DNA from: Octopus bimaculoides
Lineage: Eukaryota
Direction: 5' to 3'
Assembly (NCBI RefSeq): GCF_001194135.2
Contig: NC_068989.1
Location: 80,437,688-80,479,980 of the forward strand
DNA: 42,293 bases
Positions 10,541-20,634 of the stretch are shown here, in pieces. Below the pieces are notes generated by a model, which saw only the letters and a program-made list of their open reading frames with translations, was not told the origin of the DNA and did no database searches. Made by a program: the position numbers and the translations under genes. The first letter of the stretch is position 1. Each line of letters opens with the position of its first letter.

Positions 10541-10915
10541 AAGGCGGCGAGCTGGCAGAAACGTTCTAATTCAGCGGTATTTCGTCTGTCTTTACGTTCT
10601 GAGTTCAAATTCCACCGAGGTCGACTTTGCCTCAATAAACACTTTGCCTGCCATTGCTTCGGGGGTCAATGAATTAAGTACCAGTTGCGTACTGGGAATG
10701 ATCTAATCGACTGGCCCTCCCCCAAAATTTCAGGCCTTGTGCATAGAGTCGAAAAGAATTGTTATCACGCTTAGCGGCATTTCTTCAGACTCTTTATGTT
10801 CCGAGTTCAAATTGTGCTAGGGTTAACTTTGCCTTTCATCCTTTGCAGCGGCGGTTGATAAAATAAGTACCTGTTGGACACTGAGGTTGATGTAATCGAC
10901 TTACCGCACCCTTAA
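10541..10915 (+). mobile_element. Two tandem family B SINEs (about 10541-10762 and 10767-10915)
   Basis: aaggcggcgagctggcagaa head; two gagttcaaatt B-boxes and two central domains. Confidence 0.88.
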
Positions 10916-10924
10916 GATAACTTT

Positions 10925-11400
10925 AAACAGTTCCAATGGATTGGATCTCTAACTAAAGCCCCCGCTATCAACCTGTTGGACCGAGATCAAAATATTAACA
11001 AAATCTCACAGCTACTATTTGTACATCCGGTTTTGAGTGAATGCCATTGAATCACTCACGTGCTACAACCTCTAGTCCACGGGAGTACAGTTTTCTTTCA
11101 GCTATTTTCTGCCTGTTATGATAGCATCTGTACCTCAGAGCGAGCTAATCTTATACACCTTCCACTCAACCACTTGTGACCCACTCAACTTTCTATCTCA
11201 TGACAGCTTTATTGTGTCCAGTTTTACCCCCAGACCTCTATTCTCGGTCCTTCCTTTCCAGAAATCCATCCGCTCTCTGGAATACCCTACCAGCTCATGT
11301 TTTCCTGCAAATGTTGACTTGAAATGATTTAAACGGAACATTAACTGTATCGATCTGATCGGTCTTTGAGCGTTTCCAAAGACTATGGGCACTGCCCCTT
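10925..11400 (+). mobile_element. 3' end of a CR1/L2-group LINE (decayed ORF2 C-terminus)
   Basis: INLLDRDQ..LQPLVH..LFSACYDSICTSERANLI..SALWNTLPAHVF/ANVDLK*FKRNIN resembles the CR1-group ORF2 end (LWNxLPxxVF, FKxxIN). Confidence 0.8.
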
Positions 11401-11475
11401 CTTTCACATCCAGCAATTTAAAAAGAATCGAAAGAAATCAAGCAACACACTAGTGATGAATATTAGTTTAACTTG

Positions 11476-11659
11476 GGGTCGCGAGCTGGGAGAATCGTTA
11501 GCACGCCGGGCAATATGCTTTGTGGTATTTCGTCTATTTTTAAGCCTTACATGTATTCGAAGTCGATAAAGTAAGTACCTGTTGAACACTCGGGTGGATG
11601 TAATCGACCTAACTCCTCCCCCGAAATTGCTGAACTTGTGCCAAAATTTGAGACCAATA
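11476..11659 (+). mobile_element. SINE family B, B2-type tail
   Basis: Head gagctgggagaatcgttagcacgccggg; tail cttgtgccaaaatttgagaccaata. Confidence 0.85.
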
Positions 11660-11990
11660 NNNNNNNNNNNNNNNNNNNNNNNNNNNNNNNNNNNNNNNNN
11701 NNNNNNNNNNNNNNNNNNNNNNNNNNNNNNNNNNNNNNNNNNNNNNNNNNNNNNNNNNNNNNNNNNNNNNNNNNNNNNNNNNNNNNNNNNNNNNNNNNNN
11801 NNNNNNNNNNNNNNNNNNNNNNNNNNNNNNNNNNNNNNNNNNNNNNNNNNNNNNNNNNNNNNNNNNNNNNNNNNNNNNNNNNNNNNNNNNNNNNNNNNNN
11901 NNNNNNNNNNNNNNNNNNNNNNNNNNNNNNNNNNNNNNNNNNNNNNNNNNNNNNNNNNNNNNNNNNNNNNNNNNNNNNNNNNNNNNNNNN

Positions 11991-12331
11991 AGCGGACTCG
12001 CGGTCATAGGATCGCGGTTTCGATTCCCAGATCGGGCGTTGTGAGTGTTTATTGAGTGAAAACACCTAAAGCTCCACGAGGCTCCGGCAGGGGATGGTGG
12101 CGAACCCTGCTGTACTCTTTCACCACAACTTTCTCTCACTCTTACTTCCTGTTTCTGTTGTGCCAACCTTGCCACTCTGTGTCACGCTGAATATCCCCGA
12201 GAACTATGTTAAGAGTACGTGTGTCTGTGGAATGCTCAGCCACTTGCACGTTAATTTTACGAGCAGGCTGTTCCGTTGATCGGATTAACTGGAACCCTCG
12301 TCGTCGTAAGCGACGGAGTGCCAATAACAAC
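11991..12331 (+). mobile_element. SINE family A (5' end lies in the gap)
   Basis: Near-identical to 13166-13531, with a short internal deletion. Confidence 0.95.
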
Positions 12332-12859
12332 ATTTGAGTAGAAGCATGCGCACCTACTAATGAGCCTAATTATACTGAATAGAAAAATAGGAACGAGAGA
12401 AAAATTTTAAGTCATGTTAGAACATTTAGTCCTTAAAAAGTCGTTTCTAAAATCTCTACCATTAATTTCAAGTCGCATGATTGCATTTGCCGACAGACTC
12501 TTTCGCTTTATGAGAACTATACAGGTTTGTACACATTCTTATAATTTTATACATTCTATTTTATCCTTCTTTTGACAAACATTTCATTTCTACCTGATGT
12601 CATTGCGTTCGTATCTTAACTGTAGCTTGTTAAAAGGAGATGATCATGCATACAACCATAAAAAATTAACATTAGCAAAGCGTACCGAATAATTTCCTTG
12701 CGTGCTGATAGTTAAGATTGCATGAAAACATCACCCGACATCTTTTTTTTTTAAATTGCCTTAATAGATGTACGACAGAATAGTCATATTTATGTTCTAT
12801 TTATACGTTTATGCTTTTATCAATAACTGCATGTAACATACGTGCGAGGCTGACATTCT

Positions 12860-13020
12860 GAGGGATGGGAATAGTGGATTACATTGCATTCAGTATTTGA
12901 TTAATATTTTATTTTATCGACAAAGTTAACCTCAGCAAGATTTGAACGTAGAGTGGAAAGAACCGGGAGAAATACAGCAAAACATTTAGTCCGGCAGTTC
13001 TAACTATTCTGGCAATCCAT
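12860..13020 (-). mobile_element. Old SINE family B
   Basis: Degenerate reverse-complement match. Confidence 0.6.
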
Positions 13021-13165
13021 CAATCTCATTAATTCTATCAATAATAAAATTAATTAGAAAGTATTCCAAAATTCTTTCTCAAATGTATGTGTGTAATATT
13101 TTTATTTTTTATGTGGGTATATTTAAATATATAATGAGTATAGAGGGATATATAACTGGCGGTTA

Positions 13166-13531
13166 GTGGAGGCGCAATGGCCCAGTGGTTAAGGCAGCGG
13201 ACTCGCGGTTTCGATTCCAAGACCGGGCGTTGTGAGTGTTTATTGAGCGAAAACACCTAAAGCTCCACGAGGCTCCGGCAGGGGATGGTGGAGAACCCTG
13301 CTGTACTCTTTCGCCACAACTTTCTCTCACTCTTTCTTCCTGTTTCTGTTGTGCCTGTAATTCAAAGGGTCAGCCTTGTCACACTGTGTCACGCTGAATA
13401 TCCCCGAGAACTACGTTAAGGGTACACGTGTCTGTGGAGTGCTCAACCACTTGCACGTTATTTCACGAGCAGGCTGTTCCGTTGATCGGATCAACTGGAA
13501 CCCTCGACGTCGTAAGCGACGGAGTGCCAAC
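13166..13531 (+). mobile_element. Near-full-length SINE family A (tRNA-Arg-like head) with 12-bp TSD
   Basis: A box tggcccagtgg, B-box-like ggtttcgattcc, CAA-type tail; TSD aactggcggtta at 13154-13165 and 13532-13543; may be one of the published octopus OR SINE families (unverified). Confidence 0.95.
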
Positions 13532-13697
13532 AACTGGCGGTTACTGTGTTTCCTCTTAAATCAGTTTCAGATGCTGGCTAACGGTCCTTTAGTGATACTG
13601 GAGTTAACAATAAGGTGCTAGACTCCGGTAACTATTCTCACTTGGTAAATCCCAGTGTCTTATTTGGGACTGTATAGTTTCGGCAGAGTAAGTAATA

Positions 13698-13835
13698 GTA
13701 TTAATAATGGTAAGGAGATGGGAGATTTTTCTCATCTATAATTTTATTAAACAGTTGTCAACAGAATGCCGTTGGTAACTGTTTAATAAAATTATAGATG
13801 TGAAAAATCTCCGTTCTCCTTATCATTATTAATAC
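13698..13835. repeat. Foldback inverted repeat, probable MITE
   Basis: 65-bp arms with 6 mismatches around an 8-nt loop agaatgcc. Confidence 0.9.
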
Positions 13836-13841
13836 ATTATA

Positions 13842-13978
13842 CATTCCGCCGAGGTCGAATTTGCTCTTCATTCTTCCGGGGTCGATAAATTAATTACCAG
13901 TGAAATAGTGGGATCGATCTAATCGACTACTCTCCTCCCCACAAATGTCAGGCCTTGTGCCTATAGTTGAAAAGATTT
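13842..13978 (+). mobile_element. 5'-truncated SINE family B
   Basis: ttccgccgaggtcgaatttgc..ggccttgtgcctatagttgaaaagatt. Confidence 0.88.
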
Positions 13979-14017
13979 TTAATATATTATGTGTGTGTAT
14001 GTCAGTATGTGTACATG

Positions 14018-14052
<35 letters not shown>

Positions 14053-14058
14053 GGGGGG

Positions 14059-14365
14059 GCGCACGCGTAGTATCGGTTCGGTCCTACTGTGCAATACCTT
14101 GGGCGAGTGTCTTCTGCTACAGCACGAAGCTGAACGATGCCTTGTGAGTGAATTTGGTCGACAGAAACTCTGAGGAAAGCGTCGTATAAATATGTATGTA
14201 TACATGCGTGATTTGCGTTGGTCGCCACCACAGCTTCCAAACGGTGCTGGTTTGTTTACCTTCCTATATTTCGAAAACGGACTGACAGAATTAGGACCGA
14301 AGTATAAAATAAGTAGTGGGAGCGATTTGATGCACTAAACCGTTAATGGCTGAAACTAGCAAATG
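14059..14365 (+). mobile_element. Degenerate family C SINE
   Basis: accttgggcgagtgtcttctgct..ccttgtgagtgaatttggtcgacagaaact and remnant of the 3' module. Confidence 0.8.
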
Positions 14366-14460
14366 ATAAAAGGTGTGTGTGTGTGTGTAAAAAATTAAGC
14401 ACCAACTGCGGATAAACCGTACAGGACAAGGTGGAAACCATCCTCTCTCATCAGCAGTTG

Positions 14461-14461
14461 G

Positions 14462-14496
<35 letters not shown>

Positions 14497-14532
14497 AGTA
14501 GCAACAGTAGTAGTAGTAGTAGTAGCAGCAAC

Positions 14533-14567
<35 letters not shown>

Positions 14568-14613
14568 CAACGGTAGTAGTAGTAGTAGCAACAGTAGTAA
14601 TAGCAGCAGCAAC

Positions 14614-14645
<32 letters not shown>

Positions 14646-14652
14646 CAGCAAC

Positions 14653-14702
<50 letters not shown>

Positions 14703-14727
14703 CAACAGTAGTAATAGCAGCAGCAAC

Positions 14728-14759
<32 letters not shown>

Positions 14760-14915
14760 CAACAGTAGTAGTAGTAGTAGTAGCAGTAGTAGTAGTGGTA
14801 GTAGTAGTAGTTGTAGCAACAGTATTAGTGGTAGTAGTAGTAGTAGTTGTAGCAACAGTATTAGTGGTAGTAGTAGTAGTAGTAGCAGCAGCAGCAACAG
14901 TAATAGTAGTTGCTG
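14461..14915. repeat. Long interrupted (AGT)n microsatellite with higher-order units
   Basis: Seen directly; explains the poly-S, T, L and V ORFs. Confidence 0.97.
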
Positions 14916-14989
14916 TTGTCATTTTATAAACTGTTCCGTCTGTAACATGGATGTTATACCTCCTTCCATGCGAACCACCTACACATCGC

Positions 14990-15165
14990 ACAGATACACA
15001 CACATGACGTGTTTTACGCAGTTTTTGTCCACCATATTCACTCAAAAGGTATTGGTCACCTGGGGCTATTATGGAAAACACTTGCTCAATGTGCCACGCA
15101 GTGGAAGCAAACCCGAAACCGTATGATTACAAAGCAGGCTTCTTAACTGCATGACCATGTCTGAC
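14990..15165 (-). mobile_element. Family C-like SINE, 5' half
   Basis: Minus strand gcgtggcacattgagcaagtgttttcc..gagtgaatatggtggacaaaaact. Confidence 0.75.
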
Positions 15166-16088
15166 TTTATAACATAATGAAGTTCTTTTATATAACCGTG
15201 GTAATATAGGAAATAGTTAAAGAATCTTGCATGTAACAAGCTTTTAGAAGCTGAAATCTGCAACTTAACTCCATGGTACATTTATTCTGTTTGGACAACT
15301 TCTTTAAAATTCTTGGCTATAATCTGAAGCTGTAAGAAATTAACTCTGTCCCGACTGTACAATGTCTTTAAGCAGTATATTTATATCCATTTAAATATAT
15401 CGACTCAAATATGTCAAATTGATTGATTAAAAGGAAGTTTATTCTTCAATGTCAGCGTCCATTAATGCTAGAAAATCAAATAAGATATTTGCAATGAATA
15501 GTTGTTGAACTGGGTATTACAGTACAATTTGGAAAGTGTTTATCGAAGTTTTGCTCCTAAAGCAACGCAATACTGAACATCAGTTAATGGTGTATGCACT
15601 TCAGGAGAAAATGTCTACATAACAATATAAAAGTTGATTGATCAATACAAATGACAAGTGTTAACAGTGGAATATTCACTTTAGAATCGTAACTTAGCTG
15701 TTTTTGTTAGGTTTCTTTTCCAATTCAACATGAAGAGAACCATCGTATAGAAGACAGTCTCTTAAGCTCGTATTAGAATAAGATGTATATTAGAAGTGTG
15801 TTACACACGTCTTTTATTCTATATTTCATTTAGCGACGCCCTTGAGACGTAACAAATACACCACTTACTATCTTTTGTAGATTTTAATAGATGTTCTCTT
15901 AATCCGAATAAAAGCTTTTAATTGCATCAGTTTATCACATTTACTCAATTAGAACGAACGCGTTAGTTCCGCCATATTTGAGAAATATATTAATACCCTA
16001 TACAGTGACAATGTTTTATGTTTCTAATTGTGAATTGTAAAACTGAAATTTTATAGTCTAATTAATTATGTTGCAGATAAATGAAAAG

Positions 16089-16610
16089 TACAAGGTGCAT
16101 TCCAGAAGTTTTGAGACACTTTAGGAGAAGCAGTTATAGGTTATTGTCGTTTTAGTATATCATTACCATAAATCTTATAAGCTGACTTGTCGACTTTTTA
16201 TTCCAGGTTGAAGAAGACGGCCGTAACAGCACTTTGAACGCACTCTACTGAACGTTGCTTGTCACAGCTGACTATTTCGCAGAATATAGTCGGGACTGGA
16301 AGACAATTTTGAAGGTTGCTATGCAATAAAGTTTTGTATTAAATTGGGCAAGAATACTACAGAGGGGGAGGTGCATCAGAACAACAAAGCTGGTTGAGAA
16401 AATTCGCAGTTTTCTGGATGAAGACCGTCGTACATTTATAAAGACAATAAGCATACAGTTTGAAGTTTGTGCGGCAACTCTACACAGAAATCATGAAGCG
16501 TGTTCTCAGGGTGCCCACTGACGAACAGAAGGAAAGAACTCTTGGTGACTGCAAGATGGTTGAGTTCATTACTTCCAATCCAAGAGTATCTGACTGGATA
16601 GTTCTTTCGT
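16089..16610 (+). mobile_element. Internally deleted mariner element, 5' part
   Basis: TA plus TIR-like caaggtgcattccagaagt; YAIKFCIKLGKNTTE, LDEDRRTFIKTISIQFEV and VPTDEQKER resemble the mariner N-terminal HTH regions. Confidence 0.85.
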
Positions 16611-16671
16611 TTCAGTTTTGTAGGTTTTTTTATCGTTCATAGCAGGAATACCTGACGAAGTAATAGTAGTG

Positions 16672-16965
16672 ATGGACTTTCCCGTCGACGACGATGTATG
16701 GGCGCTCAGCTTTTACCGAACAGCCTGCACAAATGATTTGTTTATAATGATCAAATGTATGTGCCACACATTAGCTCACTCTCTCCATCAAATCAATGTT
16801 GTCTGAACAGGTACACTGTGTGCCATGTGTCAAGTGTTGAAATGGTTGCAAAGCAACGTGAGATGAAGTGTTTTGCTCAAAAACGCACCACCCGGTCTAG
16901 GAATTGAAACCCCGATCTCACAATTATGATTGGAACACCCTAATCACTGGGCCATACACCCTCCC
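16672..16965 (-). mobile_element. SINE with family A-like tRNA head, CORE-like motif and a distinct body
   Basis: Minus strand ggagggtgtatggcccagtgattaggg..tttgagcaaaacacttcatctcacgttgct..caggctgttcgg..cgtcgtcgacggg. Confidence 0.8.
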
Positions 16966-16994
16966 ATATGTAGCAGTAGTAGTAAGTATTATTC

Positions 16995-17213
16995 GCGGTG
17001 ACATGGAAATAGCAGAATCGTTAGCACGCTAAATAAAATACTTAACAGCATTTAGTCTGTCTCTACGTTCTGAGTTCAAATACCGCAGAGGTTCATTTTG
17101 CTTCTATCGTTTTGAAGCCGATAAAATAAGCATTAGTCAAGCAAAATAAGTATTAGTCAAGTACTGGGATCATAGGTATCCACTAATGCTTCACCTCAGA
17201 AACCATTATTATG

Positions 17214-17258
<45 letters not shown>
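16995..17258 (+). mobile_element. SINE family B with long (ATT)n tail
   Basis: tagcagaatcgttagcacgc..ttctgagttcaaatac..agaaaccattattatg(att)n. Confidence 0.8.
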
Positions 17259-17259
<1 letters not shown>

Positions 17260-17261
<2 letters not shown>

Positions 17262-17446
17262 GAAAGCTCACTGCTTGTTTTGCTGGGCATGATGGAAAGT
17301 GTCAGCTGCCCGCAGCCAGCAGACTAAGGTGACTCTTGTTTAACTGGTCACGCTCCAAGAACCCTGCGAAGAATTCTTGCAGTTCCAGGCAATGCTGATT
17401 TTTGTAGATGTTCTACCTTCACACTTGCACCGATATTTTTCAGCCA
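17260..17446 (-). mobile_element. 3' end of an R4/Dong-type RLE LINE (5'-truncated)
   Basis: WLKNIGASVKVEHLQKSALPGTARILRRVLGA* (17348-17446) resembles the LQKxALLGTARILRxVL C-terminus; short 3' UTR, then (TAA)n. Confidence 0.8.
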
Positions 17447-17484
17447 TCATCATCATTATTGTTATTGTTGTTATTATTATTATT

Positions 17485-17690
17485 AAGGCGGCGAGCTTGT
17501 AGAATCGTTTGGCGAAATGCTTGGTGGTATTTCGCCCGTCGCTACGTTCTGAGTTCAAATTCCGCCGAGGTCGACTTTGCCTTTCATACTTTCGGGGTCG
17601 ATAAATTGAGTACCAGTGAAACACTGGGGTTGATTTAATCGACTGGTCCCCTCCCCACAAATTTCAGGCCTTGTGCCTATAGTAGAAAAG

Positions 17691-17737
<47 letters not shown>
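17485..17737 (+). mobile_element. Young full-length SINE family B (B1 tail) plus (ATT)n
   Basis: aaggcggcgagcttgtagaatcg..gagttcaaattccgccgaggtcgactttgcctttcatactttcggggtcgat..gtagaaaag(att)n. Confidence 0.95.
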
Positions 17738-17738
17738 G

Positions 17739-18056
17739 AAGGCGGCGAACTGGCACAATCGTTAGCATGCTGGGCGAAATGCTTAGTCTGTCACTACGTT
17801 CTGAGTTCAAACTTTGCCTTGCATCCTTTCGGAGTCGATAAATAAAGTATCAATTGTGTACTGGGATCGATCTAATCAGGCCTTGTACTTATAGTAGAAA
17901 GGATTGTTATTATTATTATTTTTATTTTTATTATTAAGGCGGCGAGTTGGTAAAATAATTGGCAAGCCGGACAAAATGCGCGGTGGCATTTCGTCCGTCT
18001 TTACGTTCCTAGTACAAATTCAGCAGAGGTCCACTTTACCTTTCATCGTTTTGAGG
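17739..18056 (+). mobile_element. Two further head-to-tail family B SINEs (about 17739-17902 and 17936-18056)
   Basis: Each begins aaggcggcga directly after an ATT tract. Confidence 0.9.
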
Positions 18057-18094
18057 ATGAGTGTGTCTGCGTATTTGTATTTGTAATTATTTCT

Positions 18095-18285
18095 CACCGG
18101 TTGATACAGATGTTGCTTTTCAAGTTCCCGTAAAACTTTAGCGGTTCGTGAGAAACCAGACCAGTAGATGAAATAACAGATGCTAAAAGATAAAGTACTG
18201 AGTCAATTCGATTTTTTTTTATTAACCAAACAAGGCGGTACTCCAGCATTGCCGTAGCTCATTGACTGAAACCAGTAAAAGAGTT
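18095..18285 (+). mobile_element. Family C SINE, 3' module
   Basis: ttagcggttcg..aaggcggtactccagcattgccgtagctcattgactgaaaccagtaaaagag. Confidence 0.8.
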
Positions 18286-18472
18286 ATTTTTCTATCTTGT
18301 ACATATTCGTCTATCCTGTTAACTTTGATAATTCTTAATGAAGAACATTTTTATTAGAAAAGTATAAAACACTGACAAAACACTTTGATGGACATGTTGC
18401 TTATTTAAGGTAATACAGTAGTCTTAAGCAAGACTTAGACTGCATTAAATAGTGATGCTACAGCTGGGGAGT

Positions 18473-18682
18473 TCACGAGTTTGGAGAAGTGTGAATTTGT
18501 TCCTGAGTCGCCACTATTTCCAGGTCGTCTATGACCCAGGGACTTCGGTTAGGTTCAAATAGCAGAATATGGTCATGTAACTTCGACATACAGAACTCGG
18601 ACAAGTTTTGGCCTATCCGTTGTGTTAATGGCCTATCCATTGTATTAACATGTTCTAAAGACACATAAAGCATTCTTCCAGC
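18473..18682 (-). CDS. Candidate terminal coding exon, product unknown
   Basis: Acceptor cttatttcttag; 69 open codons AGRMLYVSLEHV..FEPNRSPWVIDDLEIVATQEQIHTSPNS*; contains a 20-nt tandem duplication, which weakens the coding case. Confidence 0.25.
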   Translation of the reverse strand, partial: AGRMLYVSLEHVNTMDRPLTQRIGQNLSEFCMSKLHDHILLFEPNRSPWVIDDLEIVATQEQIHTSPNS

Positions 18683-18899
18683 CTAAGAAATAAGCTCTGT
18701 GCTCCAAGGGTAAGCTTAGGATAGGAGACAAGCAGAGTAAACTTTAACAAGACTGACAGAAGACAACAGGAAGATTCTCATTAAAAATCAAAATCTTCAC
18801 ACATTTAGTCATGAAGGTCCGTGATCGCGCGTGCCTATAATGATGTCACACGAAGAAAAAGAAAATAGGAGACGTAACCTCTTATTCCTGTTCACTCAG

Positions 18900-18974
18900 A
18901 CGGATTCTGAAGAAAAGGAAAACATGACTAGTCTTGCTAGAGTTATCAATAAACAATCAATGTTGTTGACAGAG
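18900..18974 (+). CDS. Candidate 75-nt symmetric (phase 0-0) exon
   Basis: Strong acceptor tcttattcctgttcactcag, donor GAG|gtatat; TDSEEKENMTSLARVINKQSMLLTE. Confidence 0.45.
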
Positions 18975-19644
18975 GTATATTCAGACGTCTGAATATGCTC
19001 CTGCTGACATCGACAGTCTGTTTTATTTGCTGATTACACCTCACTGTTCAACTGAAAATCAAAATTCAATCATGCAACTTGTAGACGCAGCTCCTCTCAC
19101 AAGTCTTCTTTACATAATAGAACTGAATAGGTATTTTCCGTTAACAGCGGTAAACTGGAATGAAAGTCTAATAAGAAGACAATTGATATTTTAAGTGCAT
19201 CATTAAACTCATTCGTAGAAAATCAGGAAGTCTAAGTAACATAGGAAATATTTATTCTTCACTCTTAAAAAGAAAACAAGAATTTGGGAATTGACTACCT
19301 TCCAACTCACTTTCAATGAATGGCTGATTACAATATCGATCACAAGGACACCATTTTTCCATAAATACATTTTCCAGTAAAACACGTTTTTTTTTTTTTT
19401 CCTTATTGCTTCATTACTTTCAACAACTTGAACAGCACAGAGACAAGTAGTCTTCTGCTACCAAGAAAAAATAACGATGGAGATTTAACATTTATGATGA
19501 TGATGATGATGATGATGATGATAATAATAATAAAAAGAACTATCAGACTTTTCTATAGTTTCCATACTAGAGTTGTTATCGTTTTGTGTGTATGTGTGTG
19601 TATGTGCGTGTATTTATATAGATATAAGAAATATGATCATCATC

Positions 19645-19696
<52 letters not shown>

Positions 19697-20464
19697 NNNN
19701 NNNNNNNNNNNNNNNNNNNNNNNNNNNNNNNNNNNNNNNNNNNNNNNNNNNNNNNNNNNNNNNNNNNNNNNNNNNNNNNNNNNNNNNNNNNNNNNNNNNN
19801 NNNNNNNNNNNNNNNNNNNNNNNNNNNNNNNNNNNNNNNNNNNNNNNNNNNNNNNNNNNNNNNNNNNNNNNNNNNNNNNNNNNNNNNNNNNNNNNNNNNN
19901 NNNNNNNNNNNNNNNNNNNNNNNNNNNNNNNNNNNNNNNNNNNNNNNNNNNNNNNNNNNNNNNNNNNNNNNNNNNNNNNNNNNNNNNNNNNNNNNNNNNN
20001 NNNNNNNNNNNNNNNNNNNNNNNNNNNNNNNNNNNNNNNNNNNNNNNNNNNNNNNNNNNNNNNNNNNNNNNNNNNNNNNNNNNNNNNNNNNNNNNNNNNN
20101 NNNNNNNNNNNNNNNNNNNNNNNNNNNNNNNNNNNNNNNNNNNNNNNNNNTATACACACACACATGTATGTATGTATGTGTACTCAGTGTAAGAGTGTTG
20201 ACGGTAGAATAAGTTTTTCGAAGCGAGAGTGATAACCGAGTTAAACATTCAATGAAAAGAAGTGATTAATTATTCCTTCAGGAAGATCCAATATTGTAAT
20301 AGGTTTCGCATTGGCTTCGTTCTTTCAAGAAACATTATATCGCGAAATAAAATCAAACCTCGGGAATACATAGATAAATAAGTACGTTTATACATCCATA
20401 TATATGCATATATAAATATCTAAATATACATGAATATATATGTGTATGCGTGCGTGTGTGTGTG

Positions 20465-20590
20465 TGTGTGCGTGCATATACATAACCTGGTATTCCATTT
20501 GTTACGACGACGAGGATTCCAGTTGATCCAATCAACAGATAAGCTTGCTCGTGAAATTTATGTGCAAATGGCTGAACAGACATGTGTACC
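20465..20590 (-). mobile_element. Family A-type SINE 3' end
   Basis: gttacgacgacgaggattccagttgatccaatcaacag..gctcgtgaaattt is the reverse complement of the family A tail. Confidence 0.8.
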
Positions 20591-20600
20591 TTTAATGTAG

Positions 20601-20634
<34 letters not shown>

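Noticed and set aside
13166-13240. tRNA gene (also at 27401 and 32394)
   Set aside because: tRNA-like SINE heads with no proper acceptor stem, continuing into SINE bodies with TSDs
14395-15126. Poly-T, S, L and V ORFs (mucin-like appearance)
   Set aside because: All are readings of one (AGT)n microsatellite, and the flanks are SINE-derived
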